This document shows positions 34,207 to 45,519 of a stretch of 64,000 nt of DNA, piece after piece. The notes beneath the pieces are model-generated. The model had not been told where the DNA came from. It saw nothing but the letters and a program-made list of their open reading frames with translations, and made no database searches. Location of the stretch: NCBI GenBank assembly GCA_965112735.1, contig OZ218955.1, positions 248,001 to 312,000 of the forward strand, read 5' to 3'. The DNA is from Phaeosaccion multiseriatum (taxonomy: Eukaryota > Protista > Ochrophyta, other classes). Made by a program: the position numbers and the translations under genes. Every line of letters begins with the position of its first letter. Position 1 is the stretch's first letter.

Positions 34207-35986
34207 TGTAGGAGGAGGAGAAAGGAGGGAAGAGTAGTGGTGGTGGTGGTGGTTTTTGTAGGAGGAGGAGGAGAACGGAGGGAGGAGAAGTGGTGGTTGT
34301 AGGAGGAGGAGGAGAAAGAGGAGGGAGGAGTAGTGGTGGTGGTGGTGGTAGTAAGAGTGGGAGGAGTTGGAAGTCGTGAGGAGGTTGGCGATTTGCCTGA
34401 CCGCCTGTGACCTCTGACCGTGACCCGCCTGCACCAGCAACACCCACTCGGCCGACTGCCCCACCTGATCCTCATCTGGCGGCTCCTCGTCGGGCTCCTC
34501 CTCGTCCTCAGGGGGGTCTTCCTCGCTGTCCTCATCCTGAGAGAGGTGGTGATACAACGTGCATGTGTGTGCGTGCGCGTGCGTGCGTGGGGCGGGTGAG
34601 TGGGGTGGGGTGGGTGGATGGGCGGGTAACGGCTAAATAGACATACTTGACTCCGCCCGACGGCGACCCACCACCACCACCACCACCACCACCCACGGCC
34701 GACAACACACTGACCAACGCTCTCAACACTATGCCCTAACATGTGTTATGGGACCGTACACTGCTCCCATTCCGTCTGCCGCCAACCGCTGTCCCCTGGC
34801 CTGCGCCTCACTGCCTCACTGCCTCACTGTCTCTCACTCACCTCGTCCTTCTCGTCCATCTCCGATTCGCCGTCATCGGGGTTTTCCTCGGCCTGTAAGG
34901 CAAAGGCAGAGGCAGACAAAGATTGACGAGCGAAAGAGACGAGCGAAAGAGAGGAAGCAAGAAGAAAGTGAGCACGCACGCACACACACACACACCGTGC
35001 ACTCCTCGATACACACAACACGTGCATTTACAACCACAGAGGCTCAGGCAGGCGACAAGGCTTTCTTTACCTTGGGGGGGGGAGGCGGGGGAGGCGGGGG
35101 CTCCATCATCTCCTCTTGCTCCTGCTGCATCTGCATGAACTTGCCGCGGGGGGCGATGGCGAGCTTCACGGCCAGCTTCAGGTCCTCCGCGGACGGCTGA
35201 GCGAGGGGAGAGGGAGGGTGTGTGCGTGTGAGAGACAGAGAGGGGTGAGGGAGGGAGGGAGGGAGGGAGGGTGTGTATGTGTGTGTGAAGAGAAAAAGAG
35301 ATGAGAGAGAGAGCGAGAGTCAGCCAGCTAGAGAGAAAGGAGAGAGCAACAGGGATGCAACGTAACTACATACGTAAGTACACACGCACGCACCCGTCTG
35401 TCGTTCAGAGCGGCTGAGGCCCGAGCCACTTCACAGGCGAAGATTTCCGCTCGGTGGCCCATCGTGTCCGCTCGAGCTGCCTCCTCGCACAGGTAGGTTA
35501 TCTGGCGGTATATACACGGTTATCACGGGTTAATACACGGTGCATTGCACTGTTAGCACACAGAGTGTTGCACGGTTTAGCAAGCCTTACTTGTGCGTGG
35601 AAGGTCCCTCCCTCCCTCCTTGCCGCCTCTCCCACCCCCCCTCCCTCCCTCCCTCGCCGCCCCTCACCTGCGTGGTTGCCAGCTGGGTTTCCTTGAGGGA
35701 CTCTCTTGCAAAGATGATCCTGGCCATGACATTGTCCTCCTCGTCTTCAATCTCCTTCAGACCCTCCTCCGTCATGTCGCCCCAGTCCAGCGCACCTAGG
35801 GGGCGGGGCAGGGGAGATGGAGTTTGAGTTTCAGTTGGGGCGGGAGGGGGTGGTGGTGGAGGAGGAGGAGGAGGAGGAGGAGAAGGGAAAAGAGCAGGGC
35901 GGTGAGAACGATGAGGGCGGCAGGAACAATCGAGGACGAGGACGGTAGGCACGGACAGACACGCGTGCACACACACATATCGCACA

Positions 35987-36032
<46 letters not shown>

Positions 36033-39000
36033 CCTTACACCACACCCTGACTCACCCTTGACAGCCTCAATGCGGCTTTCCTCCGTCATGAGGTCGGCGT
36101 CGGCGGAGAGGGCCACCGCGATGCGGTCAAGCAAGTGGTCACGCAGATCCGCTTCTTCGGGATTGAAGGTGGCGATGAGTAGGGGCTTGCAAGGGTATCT
36201 GGGGATGGCAGTGGATGGCGAGGGAATTAGGTATGTAGGTGCAGTGAGTGTGTGTGGGCGTGCGTGAGTGACCACGGTAACCCCCCCCCCCCTCCCCCCT
36301 TCTTTTTTTCTTTTTCTCTTTCTCTCTCTCACCTCATGCTGATGCCCTCTCTCTCCACGTTAACCCACCCATCCGTGATGGCCGTGAGCATGATGTTAGC
36401 CAGCTCCGTGTCGAGGAGGTTAATGTCGTCCACGTACAGGATACCGCGGTGGGCAGCGGCAAGCAGACCAGGCAGGAACACGGTCTTGCCCTGTTGGGTG
36501 GGGTAAAGGAAGGGGGGAGGAGGACGAAGAGGAGGAGGAGGGGGAGAAGGAGGGCATCAGTACGAGGTGGCAGGTGGGGAAGGACACAGCGATCGGAGGC
36601 GAGGAGGAGGAGGTGGACCATGCATGAGGATTTGCGCTCTGTCCACAGCTCGTGTGCACAACAAGAGAAGCACGTCGTCCCCAGCAAGCCGCACACCCCC
36701 TCGAGCCCTGGACAGATTGCCACAGATTGCCATCCTTCGCCGAACACCTCAAGGAGGCACATCCCCCTCCTCAGACCCGTCAATAAAAAAGAGACCCCCC
36801 CTTTCCTCCCCACGGGTGCCTGCGTGTCAGGGCCCTCTCGAAATCTTTCTCTCGGAGGGAGGGGAGGGGAGGGAAGGGCTACCTTAACACCAGCTTGGGG
36901 CGGCGCGAGCTCTCATTCTCAGCCATGGCACGCCACCCATCTGCTGCAATCTCTCCCTCTCTTCGTCTACCTCCCTCTCCCTCTCCCTCTCCCTCCTCTC
37001 TCCCACGGCTGACCCCTGACACTTGACACCTGACAACACGTACCGATGCAACGGACTTTTCAACGTCCACAGAGCCCAACAGGCGATCCTCCATGACGTT
37101 AATAGGCACCTGTGGATGACGTCAATGGACAAGCGTTTACCTCAGTTTTGGACACGAGCAATGACGACATTCTACACACACACAGTTCATTCTTAAGCGT
37201 CAACGGTCGTTAACGCACCTGGACAAAGGGCGCCTCAACGATTTCGGTCTCGAGGTCCTTGAGCTCTTTGCCCTCCTTCTCCAGTATGCTCTTGGTGAAC
37301 GCATCCACCTGCTCAATAGAGGAGGCAATACGTCAACAACAGTAACGATCAATCATAGCAACCTTTTGCCACTTCGCTAAACAAGTGTACTGGTGGGTGC
37401 ATTCAATTCATGCGGGCAAGAGGATGGCAAGAAAAAAGTACATTCAGCCCCCCCCCCCCACCCAAGATCAAAGCTCCTCAAACACCCTGTCCTGTCCTGT
37501 CCTACCGTTACAAAGTGTAACGCACCTGGTCCGGCCTCTCGGGGTCGATGTTGTACTGCGAGCCCTTGACCTTCTCGATGGGCGGCATCACCTTGTGGAT
37601 AGCACGGGCCATCACGGACTTCGCCGTGCCGCGGCGGCCTGGGAGAGGGGGAGAGGGAGGACGGGGCGTTAGTATTCGAGATTAGGGGGAGGTGGATACA
37701 TTGACTTGCAGGAATCAACCTAAGAATTACGTAATTTTGTGTGGGGATGGGATGGTGGTGGGGGGGGGTAGGGGGTATGGGGTTGGGGTGGAGGGGTGGG
37801 TGGAGGGGTGGAGGGGAGATGGTGGAGGGGTTTATTGACTTACAGTTATCAACCTTAAGAAGATGTATGCGAGGGCAGACAATCCCACACCCTATACCCC
37901 ATACCCTACCTGAGATGACCACGCCCCCCATGCTTGGGTTGACAGCGGCGAGAAGCAGCGCCGTTTTAATCGCCTCCTGTCCCACCACCAGGGACAGAGG
38001 AAAGGGACGAGAAATGTTCTTCACCGGCTTTGCGACTGCGTATGTACATGCATATTTATATGTGTGTGTGTGCGTGTGTTGTTGTGTGCATTTGTGTGTG
38101 CGGTGTATTGGGGGGAGAGAGGAGGGGAGGAGTGGGAGGAGGGGGTTGAGGGGAGGGGCCGGCGTGCGTAGCAGGTGCACAAGAGTCTATCGAAAGTCCC
38201 GTACAAAAAGACCACACCCCGCGAGGGGGGTCAGGGGGAGAGCGGCAGAGTTGGGAGGGTGGAAGCAGCAGCAGCAGCAGCAGCAGGAGGAGGAAGAGCA
38301 GGATACAGCCCTCTCCAACAATACCCCCAACGCGCAATCAGCCATAGCCTTCAATGAGCCCCCCTAAACCCCTTCCAGCAAAGCAGCACGAGGAAGGGGT
38401 GAGGCAAAACCCGACCAATCGTATGTGATGTTACTCACCTAGTCTTTTGGCGTCGTACGTCTTCTGCTGCTCCTCATCGGCCGCCATGGCCGCCGCCGCG
38501 CGACTCTCCAGGTCAACCGCTTTTGTCATGAATAGCCCTGACCGGCTGCGGCTACCCGTCCTGCTGCTGCTGCTGCTGCTGCTTCGTCTGTTGCTACTAC
38601 TACTCCTGGGGTTCAAGCCCCACGCACTACCGCTACTGTATGCTATTGTTGGCTCCTTCCCTCTGCTGTTCACTGCTACTGAAGAAGGTGCCTTGAAATT
38701 AACTCCCTGCGATCCCAAGACGCCCAAGGGATTTGCCGAGCAAGAGAGCAAGAGAGAGAGAGAGAGAGGGGGGGGAGGGGGACGAAGGCAAGTGAGCAAG
38801 GCGAGTATCGCAGTTTGGAACATCACGACCAGAGCGGAGAGTCGCCTCGACGACCTCCCCACTCTGCCTCCCTGGAAGCGCCGCTACCGCCGCCGCTGCT
38901 GCTGCTCTACTGCTGCTCTACCAAACGTTGACGTCGCTCCTGCTTGATCCTGTTTCATGCAACATACGGCTTTGGCAAGGCACTCACCACATTGAAGGCA

Positions 39001-39068
39001 CCGCAGTTGATACACCCCGCCGCTGCGAGTGCCGTGGCGAGGGCAGCCCCTCCTCTCACCCTGACCAT
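32474..39068 (-). CDS. chlD: Magnesium chelatase subunit D, plastid-targeted, ~18 exons
   Basis: [62 protein letters not shown], Pro/acidic linker, [16 protein letters not shown], v[14 protein letters not shown]. Exon 1 [27 protein letters not shown] is followed by a Ser/Arg-rich transit peptide. Confidence 0.96.
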
Positions 39069-39251
39069 CGCTGACGCCCCTCTACTCTCTGAGAGAGCAA
39101 AGCGATGCTCTGTATGGCCAAAATGTGCGATGCTCGCAAAACTTATTTCTTAGGCAAAAAGTAGTAACTATTTGGAGGCATACGAGGAGACATCTGAGTC
39201 CTCGCCACGTACTCTTTTTACTTTTTTCATTATTTTTTTCCTCCTCCTCTG

Positions 39252-39659
39252 CTAATCCTCCTCCTCCTCCTCCTCTTCGTCATCATCATCCTCCTCGTCA
39301 TTATCATCCTCGTCCTCATCCTCCTCCTCTCCCTCCTCCCCCGCCTTCCTACTCTTCCCCAATCTCGGTGGCGGGGCGTCCAATGGAGGCGCAAAGTCCG
39401 TAGCCACGTCTGCGTCCTGAACACACACCCCCTCCTGCTCCTTCCCGTCGCTGTCAAGGCACTGCACCACGTTCATCTTGTACTCTTTATTGTTGTATAT
39501 GAAGCTGATCGTGCTGCCAAGGGTCACACAGGAGAAGTGCTTGAGCTCGGTTTCCAGAACGGCGTTGTGGTTGGCCAGCTTCAGAAAGTCTCCCGTGTGC
39601 GGCTGAAATTTCAACTACACAAGCAGCAGTAGTAATAAAATTAGAAGAGAAGGAGTAGT

Positions 39660-39711
<52 letters not shown>

Positions 39712-40140
39712 GAGGAGGAGGAGGAGGAGGAGGAGGAGAAGAAGTCGCAAACCCTTCTGTCCGGAGGGAGGAAACTAATGACACCTGACACCTAAAGCCC
39801 CCTCTACCCTGACACCAAATACCGAACTTTCCCTCTATCCTGATACCCAGCACTTGTCCTGACACCTCCTACCTGTCCCCCCATGGGCAGCTTGCGATAC
39901 TTGAGCCTGACCACGTCCCTCGGCTTGAGGCGCAGGGTGCGCATCATCCAGTCAGGCAGGAACACGTACTGTTCAGGGGCACGGTAGTCCAAAATGGAGC
40001 AGAACACCTGGGATGCAAGGGGGGGGATGGCAGTGGATGGGGATGGAGGGGTTGGGGGGGGGGGGGGCAGTGGATGGCGGGGGACGTGCTTCTCCTCTTG
40101 TCCCCTGACTTATTCCAACACCAGCCCTGTCTCTCTCTCC

Positions 40141-40200
<60 letters not shown>

Positions 40201-40904
40201 CTAGCTTTCTGTCTCGTCCTCTTTATCTCTCTCTGTCTGTCTCTCTTTGTCTATCTGTCTCTCTGTCTGTCTCTCTGTCTGTCTGTCCCTCTGTCTGTCT
40301 GTCTCTCTTCGTCTGTCCGTCTCTCTTTGTCTGTCTGCCTCTCTTTGTCTATCTGTCTCTCTTTGTCTATCTGTCTCTCCTTGTCTATCTGTCTGTCTGT
40401 CGATCTGTCTGTCTGTCTCTCTGTCCTCACCTTGCTCCGCTGGGGCAGCTCCTTGCTGCTCGGCATGTTCTTGCTGGTGGCGTGGGGGAGGTCCACGTTG
40501 ACATACTTGGGGTCTTCAGGGGTGCCCACTCTGCTCACGCGCTGCAGCTCAAACTGGTAGGGGAAGTCGTAGCGCCGCCGTTGCATCTGTTATGCACGCA
40601 CACACATGTACACGCGTACATGCACATACACATGCACACGTACACACACACGCGCACACGCGCACACACACACACACACACACACACAAACGCACGCAAG
40701 AGGACGGTGTAGGTAGGTTGGTAAGTAGGGGAGGGGGGGGCTTAGGAAGGAAATGATAGCAGGGCTGGGCTGGCGCTCTTGTCCTGCCCTTGGTGAGTGG
40801 GCGGTCTGAAACAAGTCCAGGCCGAGTTAACGAGGGAAGGACACACACATGCACACAAACATATGCATACACATATACACACACATAACACATACACGCA
40901 CACG

Positions 40905-40958
<54 letters not shown>

Positions 40959-41609
40959 ACACGGTCGTCTGTGCCCCTGTCGCGCACGCCTGTACACGAC
41001 GCACGCGCACCCACCCACACACACACCACCTACCTCGTTGAGAATGCTCTTGGGCAGACTGATCTTGTCCCCCTGCTGGATATGGCCGTGCGAGAAGTCC
41101 CCCACCGGCGGGTCGAACTGTTCCGTCAAGGGCATAGCGAGCACTAGGCGCTCCACCCACCCGTCAAACTTGAGCATCACGTTGAGGTCCTCGAGCTCCT
41201 GCTCGAGCTGAGACATGGCAAGAGCCTTGGGGAGGCCCTTGGTGATGCGGTTGAGCGGGGAGCGCTCCTCATTCGTGCTTCCTTCTCCTTCCCCGGAGAA
41301 TGACCTCGCTAACCGGTCTACTGCTGCTTCGTCTGCCTCACTCAAAGAGCGGGGGGTCTTGGACGCCCCCCCTCGGAGCTGGTTCAGCTCCGCTGCTACC
41401 GTTGTGATTGTTTCTCGCCCCTCGTCTCCTTCTTTGGCTACTGCTGAGCCTCTTCGTCCTTCCCGTCCCCTGTGCCAACGACCTCCAGGATTAGACAACC
41501 CGCCTGTCCCCGCCCCTACTCCTCGTCCCCCAGCTCCAGGTGTTCGCGCTTGAGCCAAAACGACGCAGCAACTACAGCACAGCAAGAGCTGCGCAGCCCG
41601 CCGAACCAT
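39252..41609 (-). CDS. UFD1: UFD1-family protein with signal peptide (probable periplastid/SELMA sUfd1), 4 exons
   Basis: [71 protein letters not shown]; N-terminal [17 protein letters not shown]; acidic tail. Confidence 0.85.
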
Positions 41610-42011
41610 CCTCGCCTTGGCAGCGATTGCAATGGCAGGAGGGAAGCGCGTGACTGCTGGCTGCTCCAGAAGGTTGGAAAGGAGGGAAAGGAGGAGCGAG
41701 CGGTGGTTGGCGTGCTGTGAATTTTGGAGCACCAACAGGGAAAGTTGGGTTGAGCATAATGCTATCCTCTGAGAAATCATGCTCTCATAAGCGCGGCAGA
41801 AGCCCCCAGCGACGATTTAGGTCTGGAATCGCCACGATTGAGTTTTGCAGACGGACTAGCTGCAGCAGGAAGGTAAAAGAACGAAGACCAGGAAGAACAA
41901 GAGAAGAAAGAAAGGAGGAAGGGAAAGGAGGGAGAGGGGAGAGAAGAAGCAGCTACAGCCGCTGGTGCATCTTCAGCAGAGTGCAGTAGTCTCGCCCTCG
42001 TTGAGATTATC

Positions 42012-44070
42012 ATGCCTCCTTCGGCAGGAGAAGGGGGGGGCGCAGTGGCCAGGACGCGCGCGCCGAGGCACGCCCCACCAGCCCCCAAGCGAAAGGCGGC
42101 GAATGGAGACCATGTCCTCGGGGCTCCGCTACGAGGGGCCATCGAGGTGGAGCAGGCGTCCAGCAGCCGAGGTAGACGGAGTACGTGTGTAAGGGCCTTC
42201 TGCACATACCCACTGAAGGTAATGCAAGGAAAGTCGAGAGAAAGCCCCCTACTTAGCCGCCACCTCCACAGGGCAGACGGTGCTTCCCTCCCCCCCCCCC
42301 TTCCCTCACGAATGCTCTGCTTCCCTGTTTTACATCCCGTCCCCCCCGCCTCAGCTCATAGTTCCATCCCTGCCGAGCTCGCAGGCCGACTGCGTGTGGA
42401 TATATGCTCTAACCTACGGCGGGGGGCTTGTGGCCGGCGACGAGGTCGGGCTCCTCGTGGATGTTGCGAGGGGCTCCAGCGCCGTGCTTGCCACGCAGGC
42501 CACCACCAAGGTGTTTAAGAGCGAGCGGGCAAGAGCAAGCCTCATGGTCCCTCAAGCCGTAGCAGTTGGTGATGCAGGAGTTGCTGATACACCACCACCA
42601 GCAGTTGGTGATACAGCAGCAGCAGCAGCAGGAATAGGAGGAGGAAGAAAAGAGAGGACTCCACCAAGTGCAGGCCCGAGCAAAGCCTCGGTTATTGTCC
42701 GGCGGCGCCCTACCAGTGCGGCCCAGTCTCTTCACGCCAAGCTGGGCAGCGGGGCTCTCCTCGTCGTCGGTGAGTCGTCTGTTCGTGCAAACATGGATAG
42801 TCCAGTCATATGGGCAGTTGTATGCGCCAAGAGCTCTTATATTGCGGCCATACGGGCCAAGAGCTCTGTATTCCAGTCATATGGGCCAAGAGCTCTGTAT
42901 TCCAGTCATATGGGCCAAGAGCTCTGTATTCCAGTCATATGGGCCAAGAATCACTAGCCGCGGTCAGAGTTAGGTTAGTATTGTCTGACTAACGCCCCCG
43001 CCCCTCTTTCTCCCGCCCCTCCCGCCCCTCCCATACACCCCCCACATACGCATGGCGCGCGCGTGTGTGTGCGTGCGTGCGCTTACAGTGCCCGACCCTG
43101 TGAGTGCTTTCTTGGACTCAAAGTACGTGCAGAGGCAGCGCTTCTCCCTGGGCCCCGACAGCAGCCTGGTGTTGGTGGACTGGCTCACCTCTGGGCGGGC
43201 CGCCATGAGCGGCGGGTCGGGACCTGAGCACTGGTCCTTTCAGAGCTTCGAGAGCACCAACATTGTCTCGTTGAGAACACCACGCAAGGAAAATGAGGAG
43301 GAGGAGGAGGAGGAGGAGGAGGAGGGGGAGGAAGAGGAGGAGGATGAGGAGGAGGGGGAGATTGAGGTCATCAAAGAGACTGTGCGGCTGCAGCAGCCCG
43401 GTCAGCAACCAGCAGGCACTCCTCCCCTGCATTCGACTGTGGTAAGAGAAGGAGGATATGCGATATCTTCTCTGCCTCTCTCCGTGTCTCTCCCTTTCTC
43501 TCTCTCTTGTCCCGTTCTGTCTCTCTACTGTCTTCTCTCCCCCCCCACCTCTATCTCTTCTGTCGCTCTTGACCCCCTCGCCCTGCCTCTCCCCCTCAGT
43601 ATGTGCCCTCTTTGTTGTGTCTCTGCCTCTTCACCATCGCCCATCTCTCCCCGCCCCAACCACATCCACTGCCATCTCCTTCTCAGGCGGAACGAATGGG
43701 AGTCATCAAATGCGTGGCGAACGTGTTCCTCCTCGGCCCCCGCACCGCCACCCTACGCCGACACGCCCCCACCTTCCTCACGCCCCTCGTGCAGGCCACT
43801 CTCAAGGGAGGGGCAGCCTACGTCCTGCCGACTGCTGAATCGCCAACAGCATCACCAGCTGCTGCTGCTGCTGACACTGTATCACCAACTGGTGATGCTA
43901 ACCCTCCGCTGGTCAGCATGGGCCCCATTGGGCAGAGCAGTGACTTTGGTGTTGTGGTGCGCATCGCTGCGGAGAGCACGGAGGCCGTGTACTCAGTGCT
44001 GAGAGGCCTCCTTGCCCCTCTCAAGGAGGACCTCGGCTCGGCCCCGTATAATGAAAGGGGGCTGGCATGA
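42012..44070 (+). CDS. ureD: Urease accessory protein UreD, 4 exons
   Basis: TYPLK, YALTYGGGLVAGD, TQATTKVFK, VPDPVSAFLDSKYVQRQRF, LVDWLTSGR. Confidence 0.92.
42852..42949. repeat. 29-bp tandem repeat (~3.5 copies) in ureD intron
   Basis: ttccagtcatatgggccaagagctctgta repeated, with a degenerate copy upstream. Confidence 0.85.
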
Positions 44071-45519
44071 GGCGTGAGTGATTGAAGGGAGAGGGTGCTG
44101 TCCTGATACAAAGGGAGCGGCCTGGCGCGAGGAAGGGCCGGAGTGGGCGCATGAGAGAGCGCCTGAGTGAGTGCATGACGGCCTGAAGATTTTGCCTGAG
44201 TGAGCGCCTGGGTGGGTGGGGCAGACATCGTTGGGGCAGCATTTGAACGGCAACAACAACAACAACAACAATAGCCCCATCCCAGCCTAGTGCCAAGTGG
44301 TGATCTCATTCGCGTACGCCTGGGCGTCCCATAGCAGGACAGCGGCTCAATGCCATGGCTCTATACCACGGCTCTGTGCCACGGCTCCATGGAGCTCCCC
44401 ACCGCAGAGCGAGGAAGTGTCGTAGGTGTCGTCCCTGCTGGAGAGGAAGGGCAGGTGGAAGCATATGGTGGGAGAATGCCCGCCCTTCCCCCCCGGGGAC
44501 TGGGCAGACACCAGGCACTAAGGCACTAACAGAATGTGGAGGAAGGCTGCAGCAGGATCTGGGCTGCTTTGTCGAGGAGCAAGGAGGAGCAAGGAGGAGT
44601 AAGGAGGAGGAAGGAGGAGGAAGGGGGCGCAGCAGCAGATGCCTGACATTGATGCAAGAGGAGCGAGAGTTTCGACAGGGAGAGAGTGAAGAGGGGACGA
44701 GAGAGAGAGTCGGCCTTGATGTCGTCCGCTGCCATCCGTCGCTGCTCCCTTGCCTTGCTGCCAGCCCCCCCCCGCGTCACCCTCCATCCCGGCCACCGGA
44801 TGTTTGCTCCAGGCTTCCCCTCCCGTTCAGCCCCGCCCGCCCGGCTGACCGGACCGACCTCTTGGCAGGCTTGACTGACGTTGGTTGGCCTTGGCTGGCT
44901 AGTAAGTCAATGAGTGACCTGCCTCCGCCTGGCCCAATGAATACATATGGAAGGTATATGGGCAGAAAGGAGGGGAGGAGGGAGGTGTTCTCTACGTGGT
45001 GGACTGAGTATGTCACTGAAGGAGAGGTTTCCAGTTTCCAGGAGGAATTCAGGAACCCCTCCGTCCCTCCCTCCCTCCCTCTCCTTTTGAGATCACCTCA
45101 ATTTAAGACGACAAGGTCCACACGTGAAGCTCCTCCCAACCTCGAGTTCCCTGCCCGCGAGGCGCCAACCACTGACTGTTCTCGTATCACGACGGTGGAG
45201 TGCGTGCTCTCATCTCAGTGTGTGGTCATTGTGTGCTCTTGCTCATGTTCCTAATAATGTCTACAATAGATATGCCAGTAGATGGCAGAGGATGCGCAAA
45301 CTAGATGGCAGCGCACAGGCACATGCGGCATCTTACTCAGTGCTGCTGTGTCCGTGACACCACCCCCCCCCCCCGCCTCCTTCTGTGGTCTCCCTCCGTC
45401 GCCACCTCTGCCCCTCCCCCCTCCCTGCACGCCCTGCTCCCTCCCCTGTCGCTCCATAGCTCAAAAAGGCGACTCCCTCTCTCTTCCTTCCTCTCCCTCC
45501 CTCTCTCCCTCTCTGCGTA

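Noticed and set aside
38823-38958. ATG...in-frame TAG upstream of the chlD ORF (possible readthrough or uORF)
   Set aside because: Falls inside intron 1 once the true signal-peptide exon at 39068-38988 is recognised.
32474-44070. chlD-UFD1-ureD as a functional metal/plastid gene cluster
   Set aside because: The pathways are unrelated (Mg chelation, protein import, Ni-urease maturation); adjacency alone is not evidence in a gene-dense genome.
44355-45254. 299-aa ORF between ureD and PP2C
   Set aside because: No motifs, and composition is typical of GC-rich UTR/intergenic sequence.
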